Shown piece by piece: positions 53,270 to 63,857 of a stretch of DNA of 64,000 nucleotides. The translations under genes and the position numbers were made by a program. The stretch's first letter is position 1; each line of letters starts with the position of its first letter. The notes beneath the pieces are model-generated. The model saw only the letters and a program-made list of their open reading frames with translations, made no database searches and had not been told where the DNA came from. Source of the DNA: Diplonema japonicum (Eukaryota; Protista; Euglenozoa: Diplonemea); NCBI GenBank assembly GCA_964019335.1, contig OZ025755.1, positions 62,001 through 126,000 on the forward strand, read 5' to 3'.

Positions 53270-54988
53270 TTAAATAGCGAACCTATTCTTCTTCAACAAG
53301 CTCTGGTCGTACGTGTGCCGCCTACTGGTGCCCAAATACGCGTCCATGTCCCGCGGCTCCTCCTCCTCGTCCCTTGCAAACGCAAGCCCCATGGAGTACC
53401 GAGAAAACTCCGTTTTGAACGCCTTCACCTCATTGGGGCTCACACTGAACGCAAGAGACAGCCTCGTCTCAGGCAACACCGTCCCCAAGGTGCCGTACGT
53501 GTGTCGTTTTGATGTACCACCGCTACCGTCTTGAGAAGCAGGCGACATTGCCTCATACCCGTTCTTAACTTTGTACACCTTGTAATATGCAATGGCAACA
53601 GTAATACCCTGCATAATCAATGCGGCACCAGACCAGCCAAGGACAACACGGAAACCCCATACTTTACCGTCAGCACCTCCAACAGCATCGGCAACAACAC
53701 CATAGGCTAACGGTCCCAACGCGTATCCTAATGTGTTGTACAGGACGGCGGCGAAGGCGGATACCAACCCTCGGGTGTCTTTTGCGACTGAAGCGACGAT
53801 GATTCCCATAAGGCCCGGTACCATCCCACCTCCAAAGAATAGAACAAACCAAATACAGGCAATAAACGCGGCGAAGCTTTGCATGGCCAACGCAGCGTAT
53901 GAAAACCCGCAGGCGAAGAAACCCAAGCCGAGACCCATTAGAGAAGTTTTGTCTATGTTCCCCCTGTACCCCCCTGCTTTCGACAACAACGTCCCGCCAA
54001 GAATAATCCCTGCAACAGGCGCTGTTGCGGCTGTGAACCCGAATGTTGAAATAACGGTGGTTTCATCGGTTGTTACAGAAGTGTTCCCTTGAACGATGTA
54101 TTCTGTTACATATGTTTGCAAACCGTTTACAACAAAGTATAGCGAAGACAGTGTCAACGTTGCGGTCCACACGAGGGAGGTTTTAACGATGGTCTTCAAA
54201 CCCTTCCACAACGGGATCGTCTCCTCGTCCTGCGACGGTCTCAAATCTATGTAGTGCATCGGAACGATGAAGTACACAAGGGCAGCCGGGGCGAGAAGAC
54301 CCCCTTGAACCGCAAAAACCCATCTCCACGACAGGTCCTTCGCCTCCGACATCATAAAAGCCGATATTAAATACCCAAACACCGTTCCCAACGGTCCACC
54401 TGCTTGAAGAATTGCCATATACGTAGAAGCCGATCCCAATGGGGCAAACTCGTCAACCCATACTGGGTACAAAACGGTGAGGAGTGCTTGCCCGAATCCG
54501 ATTACAGGACGGGTTGCCGCCATCGCGATAAAGTCAGGAGATGCGCAAAACCCACCCAGACCGCAGCCGAGGAGGAGGAGGGATAGTTGGAGCAGCCTGC
54601 GGGCTTCGAAATTTTGCAGAAGCGTTCCGGATAATAAACAGCCTATGATGAGGCCTACGTAACCCAGGGTGATGAGAAGAGCTTTTTGTGTAGAATCTAG
54701 GTCCATATCTCGCTCGAAACGTTCCTCTTCTTCTCCGAAAAGGGCGGCGAAGGCACCTGCATCGAAATGTGCTGCAATTCTCGTGAGGAGGATGACCCCG
54801 CACATCACCCACCTGTGGAGGAGCGGGAACGGTTTGTCCATCACTACCACTCTGGCGTCTCTTAAGTCCTCTTCCTTAACATTGCTTGATGGTTCCTCTC
54901 TGCAATCGATTTCGTGAAACGCTGCTGATGTGAGCTCCATCGCGGGAGGAGTCCCTTGCTTGAGACCCGCCTCCCCGTCATATGTCAT
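53270..54988 (-). CDS. MFS transporter, Spinster-like
   Basis: About 12 TM helices; RPVIGFGQA, YPVWVDEFAP, GTVFGY, SWRWVFAVQG. Start placed at MTYDG. Confidence 0.88.
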   Translation of the reverse strand: MTYDGEAGLKQGTPPAMELTSAAFHEIDCREEPSSNVKEEDLRDARVVVMDKPFPLLHRWVMCGVILLTRIAAHFDAGAFAALFGEEEERFERDMDLDSTQKALLITLGYVGLIIGCLLSGTLLQNFEARRLLQLSLLLLGCGLGGFCASPDFIAMAATRPVIGFGQALLTVLYPVWVDEFAPLGSASTYMAILQAGGPLGTVFGYLISAFMMSEAKDLSWRWVFAVQGGLLAPAALVYFIVPMHYIDLRPSQDEETIPLWKGLKTIVKTSLVWTATLTLSSLYFVVNGLQTYVTEYIVQGNTSVTTDETTVISTFGFTAATAPVAGIILGGTLLSKAGGYRGNIDKTSLMGLGLGFFACGFSYAALAMQSFAAFIACIWFVLFFGGGMVPGLMGIIVASVAKDTRGLVSAFAAVLYNTLGYALGPLAYGVVADAVGGADGKVWGFRVVLGWSGAALIMQGITVAIAYYKVYKVKNGYEAMSPASQDGSGGTSKRHTYGTLGTVLPETRLSLAFSVSPNEVKAFKTEFSRYSMGLAFARDEEEEPRDMDAYLGTSRRHTYDQSLLKKNRFAI

Positions 54989-56071
54989 TCTCCCTCCCCT
55001 GTTTTTGTGGTGCTGTAGATTTGTAGTTGATAGGGGGAAGGGGGAGAATTTTCTTTTATTCCAAAAAAAAAAATTATAAATAAAAAAGGGTACAAAGAGA
55101 GAACAAAGGGAAAAATTTTTTTTTGGGGAAAAAAAAAAAAAAAAAATGGCGTGTGCTAAAAAAGTAGGAAGGTAAAAAAAAAAGGGGGGGAAGATGAAGG
55201 AGAAAGGGGTGGGGGTATTTCTAAATAAGCAAAATAAAGGGAGGGGAATGTGAAGGGAAGGGGGGGGGAGGGGAAAAATAAAAAAATATGAGTTGAAAGA
55301 ATGAAGCACATTTGGGAGGAGGGGGAATAACAACACAACTCATATATAGTGTTTCTTTTTGATCTTTTTTTTTTCTTTTTGCAGTTTTCTGAAAACACAA
55401 GGGAATGAAGGCTTAAAAAAACTTTTTTTTTGTGCAAAAAAGAAAAAAAAAAGTAGGAAGGGATGGATGGATAAAATTTACATTTTCTTAAATTTGACAC
55501 CGATATTATTCTTCTTTTTTCTCCCCCCCCCCAGTTTCTTTTTCTTCGTTCTTTTAAAAAAAATGGGAATAAAAAAAGATTTTTTTTTTACTGTTCTATC
55601 TAAAAAAGAAAAAAAAAGAAAAAGAAAAGCCCGCCAATTCTCGGACACCTATTTGTCAATATTTGTCTTCTTGACATTTTTTTTCCCTCCAAACTTTACT
55701 TTCTTTCATGATTTCTAAAGGAGAGATAAAAAAAAAAGTAGGAGAGGGAAATCGAACTGGCCACCGTATAGTGTCGAATAAAAAAAAAAAAAAAAGAGAC
55801 ATTTAGATAAAATGCTTTTTTTTTTTATCTTCTTCGCTTCCCTTCTTCTTTTTTAGCGTGTTTGGTTTACATCTATTAATATTTTTTTTGTTCTCTCTTT
55901 AAAAAAAAAAAAAGAAAAAAGCACAAATGAAGTCCGTCAAAAAAAAAGGAGAAAATTTCGGTACACTTTTCCCCTCTTTCGTTCTTAAGGGGCAACAAGG
56001 TGAACAGTATAAAGAAGGGAAAAAAAAAAAAAAAAAAAACTTTACAGGTAATTTTTTTTTTTTTTTGTTTA

Positions 56072-56731
56072 CTACGTTCTAGAGGTTTTTCTAAGGAAAG
56101 ACGCTGTGGGTTGCCTGTAGCATATTTTTTCCCCTTTTTTTTCCCCCTTTTTTTTTTCTTCCATACATCAACCTATCGGAAGCCGACGAAGTCCGGATAG
56201 GCCGCTTACTCAAGTTTGCTTGCATGGGGCTCATGGTGCCTGTGTTGTGTGCCAAGCCACCTGTAGAAGGTGTCCTCTTTTTAGTGCGTCCTTTCCGAGC
56301 TGAGTCGAGAGATTCGGGTTGGCTGTTGTAGGCATCGTCCTGTTTTTTTTTTTTTTTTTTTTTTCTTTTTTTTTTTCTTCCCCTTCCTCAAACCTTCGAG
56401 TAGGAGTACTCATCCCATCCATATTGGTAACCACCATTTTGCTTTCCTGCCGGGTCTGGTCGGGCCGCCTGTCTGTGCGCCATCGCAGTTGACTTCAGCC
56501 CAGAATCCACTCTGGACCCGATAGAGCTGTAGCTGTCCGACCTCAACCCTTCACTTCTCCCCCCCAAGGAGTTCACCCTGTCCCGCGTGGGGGTTCCCCG
56601 CCTTTGCTGCACCGGGCTGTTCCTTCCAGACCCTGGCTGATTCATGTGTAAGGAGCTGTACGTCTTCCGCACAGTAGGCCTTGTAGGCGACCCTGTCATG
56701 GACTGCCTCTGAGACGGAGACGTTCCTCTCT

Positions 56732-56765
<34 letters not shown>

Positions 56766-58765
56766 CCCTCTTGTGATACCTGTTTTGGCGGCGGTGTTCC
56801 TGTCCTCACACCATGTTGCGTCTGTATTCTGCTCACTGCCGAGGCCATGCTGTGTGGTCGTGTAAGGGGGAGGGGAGGGGAGGGGAGGTTCATACTTGTT
56901 TGAAGGGTCCACATGAGCAGGCTGTTGATATTGCGCAGCCGCTTGCTGTGGGCCGCTGGCGCTGCTTCGTGTCGCCGGTTTCTATGTTAGTTATTATTTT
57001 CCCCCCTCTTCCCTTTTTGTCATACCTTTCCGTCCTGCCTTTGTGGGAGCGGGGACCCTTTCCTCGGTCCCTGCGAGTGGACCAGGAAAGGCGAGCCCCC
57101 CTGTCTCCCCCGCAGCCCTGCATTGTTTCCAGACGACTGCAGCGTCGAGGCTCGCTGGGACTGCTGCTGTTGTAGCTGTTGTTGCTGCTGCTGTTGTTGT
57201 TGTTGCTGCTGCTGTTGTTGCTGCTGCTGTTGTTGCTGTTGGAGTCTCTGTTGCTGGATGCGTTCTCGAAGCTCGCGGTCCCTTGCAGCTTGTGTGGACT
57301 CCTGCATTCCCGTGAGAGGCTGTTGTTGCTGTTGTTGTTGCTGCTGCTGAAGCGCCATGCGGAGGGGTTCCTGCTTGACCCGTTGCTGTGACAGCCTCTC
57401 CTCAAGCCCGAGCCGCTGCTGCTGGAGCGAGGCCGCGGCAGCCGATTGCGGAATAGCAGAAGGAACGACACCACTCCCTCCACGTGTGTACCCTGTGGAC
57501 ACGCTGACAGGCTGTTGTTGTTGTTGTTGCTGCTGTTTGATCTCGTCACCAACGGAGCCCCTTAGAAGCGATGGGTTCACCAACGTGCTACTGATGTTCG
57601 CCGCCCAGGCAGGGGTCCCGGTGCTGACGGACGCTGCAGAGGCAGGGGCGGAGACAGGGGTGTAAGGGTCTTCGGCCGGCTTTTGCAACGGGGAGTCCCT
57701 CAGACTCGCAGCAGAAGGGTAGTTCACAGGGACTGCAGATGGGAAGGTCAAAGGTGAGGAAGTTGCAGGGGGCTGATACCCTGTAGGGACAGTGGAGTGG
57801 TAAGATGTGTATGAGGTAGATTGCGACGGGCCATCAACACGCCTTGAAACGGTCACAGGCGTGGGCGCTGCTGCAGGCTGAGGGGTCGGTTTGGGCTTGC
57901 GGAGCGGCCACTTCTCTTTCACACACTGCATACCAGCAGGGCTCTGCAAGGGGTTCGTTAAAAGAAACGGCGCCTTAGCGAGAATCCCTCTTGTGGCGGG
58001 ACGCAGCACTAAAGGTTCCGGGATGTCGGGGATGGGCTTGCCTCCGATAACGGGTTTTGTAACTGCAGAGTCAATGGCAGTACCCTGTCCGGTGTCGGAA
58101 AAGGTGATACGCTTCCTGGCGGGGTTCATCTTCCTCTTCAGGTTTACGGAGTCTTCAAAACGGATGACCTCCTTGCGCATGTCTGAATTTTGCACGTGGT
58201 CGAAGCCCAGACTGTTTGAGAATGTGTTTCGCAGCATCCATTGCTCGTTGTCAAGTGCGAAGGCACTTGTGTCGATTTCCGGGTGGAAGATGTCGTATTC
58301 TAGTTCTAAGCGTCTGGCTAGGGTCCCCAGTTGTCTTAGAAAATATGGTTTTATATCCATATCGGGGTGCGCAGTCCTTATGAAAGCGACAGTGTTGTCC
58401 AAGGACCATCCGTACTTCTGCATGAGGTAGGCAGCGACGACGGCGCAGCATCTTGAAATGCCCAGGACGGAGTGGACGAGAACGCACTCGCCCTTTTCGA
58501 GGCCTCGTTCTATAAATTCGTAGATTTGCCTAACGTTTCGACCTTCGGCGTCGAAGAGGAGTGTGTTTGGAAGGTCCCTCCAGTGGAACGACAGGTAGTG
58601 TATGTTAGCCTGCTGGTACAGGTTCGGTGTTTCGCTGCCAGCGCAGTTGACGATGTGGCTCACCTTGTTCATGAACAAGAACTCATCGTCCTGGCTGCTC
58701 GTCAGGTTGCCTACAAAGAGGCCGTCCTTGATCCTCACGGCCACCAACTGTTGCTGGGATTGCAT
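56072..58765 (-). CDS. Dual-specificity phosphatase-like protein (predicted pseudophosphatase) with polyQ tail; introns 56982-57025, 56850-56895, 56730-56779, 56340-56393, 56115-56166
   Basis: DSP fold motifs GLFVGN, SHIVNCA, VLVHSVLGISR, AYLM. Five GT-AG introns keep one frame open to ..DRLMQPTASFLRKTSRT*. Confidence 0.85.
57161..57240 (-). repeat. CAG/CAA trinucleotide repeat (polyglutamine) in the DUSP-like gene
   Basis: Mixed ctg/ttg run on the plus strand encoding >20 Gln; shorter tracts near 57320 and 57511. Confidence 0.9.
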
Positions 58766-58861
58766 TGTTTTTTTTTTTTTTCTTTTTTCTCTTCTTCTCC
58801 CACTCCCCCTCCCTCCCTCCCGCCCTTTATTTTTTTTGTTTGGGGGCTGGCGTGGAAAAAG

Positions 58862-58895
<34 letters not shown>

Positions 58896-59053
58896 TATTG
58901 TACATAAAAAAAGAAGGAAAAAAAAAAACTTGCAGTGTGTATTGTTTGGTTTCTTTTTTTTTGGGGGGGATAGGGGTGGTGAAAAAAAATATTGTAATCT
59001 AACCATATCCACACTTTTTTTTTTTTTCTTCTTTTTTTCCAAATAACACTGTT

Positions 59054-59481
59054 TCAGAGCCAGGCAGGGGTGTCTTCCGCCTCCCAAGTGGGGTCGTAGT
59101 TGTAGTGCCAACTCAAAGAAGGATCCACGGTCACTAGATCAATAAAATGGGTGGTCTCACCTGGTTTAACACGCAGGGTCGCGACATCCTTTTCAATCTG
59201 TGTGTGCAGGTGTCTCGTTTCTTTTATTCTCACCCCCCCTTTTTTTTGTTTCAAACCTTTGCTCTCTCCGAGACGAGGTTCAAATTTTCCACATCAAAGA
59301 AGCTGAAGCTCACGGTGAGGGGCTTGTTGCTACGATTTTGCAGTTCGTAGGTAGTTTTTTCTTCCTAAGATTTTTTTTTTTCTTCTTTTTTTTTTCCTTC
59401 TCCCCGACTACATACTGAACTGTATTTTATTTTATAAAACCCCGTTCCCTCTTCCAGCTCTGATATTTCACCCCGTGACAT
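59054..59481 (-). CDS. Small 3-exon protein (about 105 aa, beta-rich); introns 59365-59415 and 59198-59256
   Basis: A-run/ATG MSRGEISELEEGTGFYKIKYSS|EEKTTYELQNRSNKPLTVSFSFFDVENLNLVSERAK|IEKDVATLRVKPGETTHFIDL..WL*. Both introns are phase 0 GT-AG. Not recovered as a whole by the ORF track. Confidence 0.7.
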
Positions 59482-59622
59482 TTTTTTTTTTTTCTTTTTT
59501 TTTCCAATCACTTGTTTCTGTGTGTGTTTATTTAGTTTGCTAAAAAAACAAAAAAAAAAAAAAAAAAAAACAAAAAAAAAGGTACTAAGAATAAAATTGA
59601 TTCTGCCTGCCGTTCTCGCTTT

Positions 59623-59913
59623 TTATTTTATATTGCACTTCCTCTTGGTGCTGACTGTAATTCTCTTCACCTTTCCAGTAGGAAGGGGCCCCTTGGCGAT
59701 GGCACCTCCACTGTCTTTTTTCGAGTGATTTGTCAGATTTTGTGCCGCCTTTTTCGCAATCGTCTTCAGAGAATCGGTCTGATAGGGGGAAGGGGTTTAG
59801 GCGTAGGGACAAAATTTTTTTTTCTTTGTAAAACACACCTTTTTCGCCACATCCCTGATGGGGTTTTTGCGCATCTTGTTGCCGCCCCTTGTCATTTTCG
59901 CTGATTTTCCCAT
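59623..59913 (-). CDS. Small basic protein; intron 59779-59838
   Basis: A-run/ATG MGKSAKMTRGGNKMRKNPIRDVAKK|TDSLKTIAKK..KRKCNIK*. Confidence 0.55.
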
Positions 59914-60662
59914 TTTTTTTTTTTTTTTTTTTTTTTGTGTGTGGAAACCTGAGAAATTGTAAAAAAGGCAAAAGTGAGGAATTCGGTGAGGAAAAAAAAA
60001 ACCCCCCCCCACCACTCAAAAATACTTAACTAGAGACCAAAAGACAAGAAGAAGAAGGACCGTTATTTCTCTCCCCTCAAAACCAGGAAAAAAAAAAAAA
60101 AAAAAAAAAAAAAAAGCAAAAAAGATATTTAAAGGCACATGTCTCGCGTAACTGGGCAGTTTTAGCATCACGAGGCGAGAATATGACAAAAGAAATTGGC
60201 GTTCTTTTTTTCTTTTTTTTTCTTTTTTGTTAGTTAAGAAGGGTGGACGGGCCGTGTTCGAAAAAAAAAAAAAAAAAAAAAAAAGGAGTGGCGGAATTGG
60301 ACAAAAAAAGAAAATGGAATGAAGAGGCTTTTACAAAAGAAAAAAAGAAGAAAAAAAAAGAAGAAAAAGAAAAAAAAAAACAACATACAATAATAGAAGA
60401 AGGTACCCAAGCATTTCTTTCTTCCCCCCCCCCCCCCTGCTTTTCCCAGTCACTGCAAAGAAACTTTTTTTTTCCATCTTCCAGATCCATGTCCGGAAGA
60501 GATAGTGAGGGGGGGGATTGGGAGTGAGTACAGCAAACCGAAAAAAAAAACCCCCCTTGCTTTTTTTTTTCCTTCCCCCCGGGCAAGAAAAAAAAAGGGG
60601 GAAGAAAAAAAAAAAACAAAACAAGAATGGGCGAAATGTTCTTCTTCCCCCCCAAAAAGCAA

Positions 60663-61859
60663 CTAATACCCCCTTTGAGCCTGTTCCCTCGCTGCGAGCA
60701 TTGCCTCAAGCTCACGGAGGGCCGTCAACTGCTCGTGACCAAGGTGGGACCTTGCAAGAGAATCATGCTGTTGCAAGATATGCTGAGGGGTTACAGACCT
60801 CACGGGATACCCCCCGCCCTGGTGCTGCACATAAGTAGGAGGCAACGCCTGCTGCACCACTCCATAAGAGGGCGACGGGGACCGCGACCGGGACATTGGG
60901 GAAGATCCCTGCTGGCGGAGAAGCCAGCGCAGCGCCTTCCGACTTTGCTGCAGTTTTGAATCAAGATCGCTAATACCTTCCACGTTGGTTAGAATAGCCG
61001 ACTGTGCTTCAGTTAGCTTCACCTGCATGAGTTGCATGGCTGCTTCTTTCTCAGTGAGCTGCCTCCTTAGCTCGTTAATAGCATCCCTAGCTTGTACCAA
61101 CAGAAGGCTCTGCTTATTCCGGTCGCATGAAGCAACAGAAGTGTTTTCACGGGCTTGGCTGGCCAGGACACTCTCCAACCGTTCCTTCTCCCCTGCAGCG
61201 TGGCGAAGTTTTTTCTCAAGATCCCTGATGACGCCTGCTTGCGCAGAGGATACTGTGGAATCAACAGATTTCCTTCTCGACATTTTTGGCGGAGATGCCG
61301 GGAGCAGACTGCCGCTGCTGGCTGCCTTTTGAGACGCATCGTGCTCTTTTATCCTTCGGTTCCGTCTGGCGAGCTCTTCTGTCAGCTGCCTGACCTTTGT
61401 GGCGGATGATTGCTGCTGTGCCTGCAGCAGTCTTTCCAGTGATGCGTTCCTCGCCTCTGACGTTTGCAGGTCTTTCTCCAGTTTCTGATACATCGCATGC
61501 CAATCCACAGGCCCTGTCTCCGATACGCTTGGTGTTGGGTTGTGGATGTTGATGTCTGGAATCGTCATAACCGCCTCCTCCTCGATGCCCTGCGGGCTCA
61601 GTATCTCCTCGTGCGGGGCATCGTCTTGAGGCAAAGGGGACGGGGGTGCCTCGATCTCCTCTTCTGGTTCTGCTACATGTACCGCTGGCTGTATTGGCGG
61701 GGGAGGCGACAACGACGGCGATCTTGGGGGTTCCTCGACAACGGCAGCCTCCGCTGGATGGGGTTGTTGTGTTTGCTCGACCAATGGAACCGGGGCTTGT
61801 TGCGGCTGTTGTTGTTGTTGCTGATCCTCCACAGGGGGAGGGGTGCCGGGACTAGACAT
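60663..61859 (-). CDS. Hypothetical Pro/Glu-rich coiled-coil protein
   Basis: Open frame from MSSPGTPPP with long heptad regions. Confidence 0.75.
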   Translation of the reverse strand: MSSPGTPPPVEDQQQQQQPQQAPVPLVEQTQQPHPAEAAVVEEPPRSPSLSPPPPIQPAVHVAEPEEEIEAPPSPLPQDDAPHEEILSPQGIEEEAVMTIPDINIHNPTPSVSETGPVDWHAMYQKLEKDLQTSEARNASLERLLQAQQQSSATKVRQLTEELARRNRRIKEHDASQKAASSGSLLPASPPKMSRRKSVDSTVSSAQAGVIRDLEKKLRHAAGEKERLESVLASQARENTSVASCDRNKQSLLLVQARDAINELRRQLTEKEAAMQLMQVKLTEAQSAILTNVEGISDLDSKLQQSRKALRWLLRQQGSSPMSRSRSPSPSYGVVQQALPPTYVQHQGGGYPVRSVTPQHILQQHDSLARSHLGHEQLTALRELEAMLAAREQAQRGY

Positions 61860-61872
61860 TGTGTGCGCGCGT

Positions 61873-61904
<32 letters not shown>

Positions 61905-61937
61905 TTTCTGGTTTTTTTTTAAATTTAAAATATGCCG

Positions 61938-61969
<32 letters not shown>

Positions 61970-61972
<3 letters not shown>

Positions 61973-63052
61973 AGTCAAATCCAAAAGCATCTCGTCTTCC
62001 AATGGGCACGGCAGGAAACCCAACACCGGCCTCTCACCAGCATGAGACACCTCTTCCCACCCGTCAAAGAAACCTTGCGATTGAAGCCTCTGTCTCAACA
62101 CTTGTTCCCGTTCGGCGTCGCCTTGCGAACGGTACGCTGCCAGCAGCGTGTGTAGGAGGTAAGGGTGCGGGGCGGAATTGTAAAGCTCCAACTGGGCTTC
62201 GAGAAAATCAAGAACAGGGTGACGAACCCCGTCGGTTTGAGCAGGGAGGAATGCAGTGGGTGGCCGTTCTGTGGTGACCACCACGCCTCCCCCGTGCTTG
62301 TGATATAAATCGCAGAGAGCGACCACCCCGTGCAGACCCATCATCGGGGACAATTTATGCCGCATCCGCTGCATCATGTCTTCAAACAACAGGGTGTTGA
62401 TGTCTTCAGAACCTTCAACGATTGCCGAGGAGCCCCACAGAATGAGATCGAAAGTATGTCGGTTCGGTTTAACAGATTGCATTGTCATTTCTGCGGCGAG
62501 GCTTTTTAGACAATCGGGTTTTTGTTGTGTTTTGATAGTGTTATAGATCAGCGAGTTGTAGCACCGGACAGAGTTGGTGGAGAGGTTGTTGTGTTTCATT
62601 TCCTGAAGAATTGAAGTTTTGAACGCTTCCCCCGCAGCTAAGGAAAGCACGCTGCAATACACCTCTTCACAGGGCACGATTCCGGAACGTACCACGTTTG
62701 TGAGGATGTAGTCTATATCCTCTGATGCTGCTTTTAATGGTGTTGCGTCCTTTGCGATTTGGTCCAGCCTCGCCACGGCTTCCTTCACAGCGACTTCTCT
62801 TCGGAGGCTCAGTTTTGTTGGGTAGCGTTCTTCCAGCGTTTCCCACCTTGAGCGGTGGCAGGCTGTCACGACCAGCCTCTTGTGCACGGGGTACCCGGCC
62901 TCATCGATGAGCTGTAACACTTTCTCAACTCCGTTTTTATGCACACCATTCTTCACAAATTCGTGTAACATCTTCGCACGTTTCAACGGTCCCATTGCCG
63001 TTCCAACACAGGCACCTGCCACTAAAGAGGCAGCGTGAGCGTGGGGGTTCAT
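61970..63052 (-). CDS. Pentatricopeptide-repeat-like protein
   Basis: PPR-like units GIVPCEEVYCSVL, NSVRCYNSLI, MQSVKPNRHTFDLIL, HTLLAAY. Confidence 0.6.
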
Positions 63053-63128
63053 CTGCCCCCCCCTCCTTCTCTCCTCTTTTTTTTTTTTTTTTTTTTTGAC
63101 CAGAAAAAAAAAAAAAAAAAAAAAAAAA

Positions 63129-63785
63129 TTATGAACTCCGTTTCACAGCTTTGATAACATAAGCATGCTCTCCGTATCTTCGTTCTTTGAGTATCTCCGC
63201 GTTGCAGTTGTGCTGCGTCTTTAAGATCTCGACCACCTCTTCAGGTTCGTTCTGGTGGATGAGAAGCAGGTACAGCGTGCCTGTCCCAGGGTTGAGAAGC
63301 GGTGCTAATTCGGCAAGGAACGCATCTGTTACGATTCGTCCGCGGGGTCCTCCTGCCCAAGCGGCCGTTATACCGCCTTCATAAGCTTCTTCAGTGGTGG
63401 AGGGGACGTAAGGGGGGTTGAAGAAGGCAATATCGATGAAAGGGGTTTTCCGGAAGGATTTGAGTAGATCGCTTTGAAGGACTTCACCGTGAGAGACGTT
63501 GTTTGCACTGTAAGTAGCCTGGGTGACCTTGCAGGCTTTCGGGTTGATGTCCACTCCTATCAGATTGAACGGGCCGGCTTGTTCCTGTTCCGCCAGCCAT
63601 GCTCCGAAGGCTCCTACTATTCCGCTCCCCACCCCGACTTCAACGGCCACACCGCCGCGACCTACAACTTTTTTGAAATGCTCCTTGTCCTGCTCAATAG
63701 CATCCAGGAGGAGAAAACTATCCTGAGCCGGTTCGTAGACATCATCCCAGCAAGCGATGTGGGATAAGTCCGGTGTGTGCGGCAT
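63129..63785 (-). CDS. N6AMT1: HemK2/N6AMT1/Mtq2 eRF1 glutamine methyltransferase
   Basis: VYEPAQDSFLLLDA, EVGVGSG, VDINP, FNPPYVP, AWAGG..GR. Confidence 0.93.
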   Translation of the reverse strand: MPHTPDLSHIACWDDVYEPAQDSFLLLDAIEQDKEHFKKVVGRGGVAVEVGVGSGIVGAFGAWLAEQEQAGPFNLIGVDINPKACKVTQATYSANNVSHGEVLQSDLLKSFRKTPFIDIAFFNPPYVPSTTEEAYEGGITAAWAGGPRGRIVTDAFLAELAPLLNPGTGTLYLLLIHQNEPEEVVEILKTQHNCNAEILKERRYGEHAYVIKAVKRSS

Positions 63786-63857
63786 TTTTTTTTTTTTTTT
63801 TTTTTTTTTTCCCTTTGGGGTTTGTTATAAAATTGAAAAAAAAAAAAAAAAAAAAAT

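Noticed and set aside
63129-63785. N6AMT1 as a DNA adenine methylase forming an epigenetic module with DNMT5
   Set aside because: This family is established as the eRF1 glutamine/protein methyltransferase, and the two genes are 48 kb apart in an unrelated gene string.
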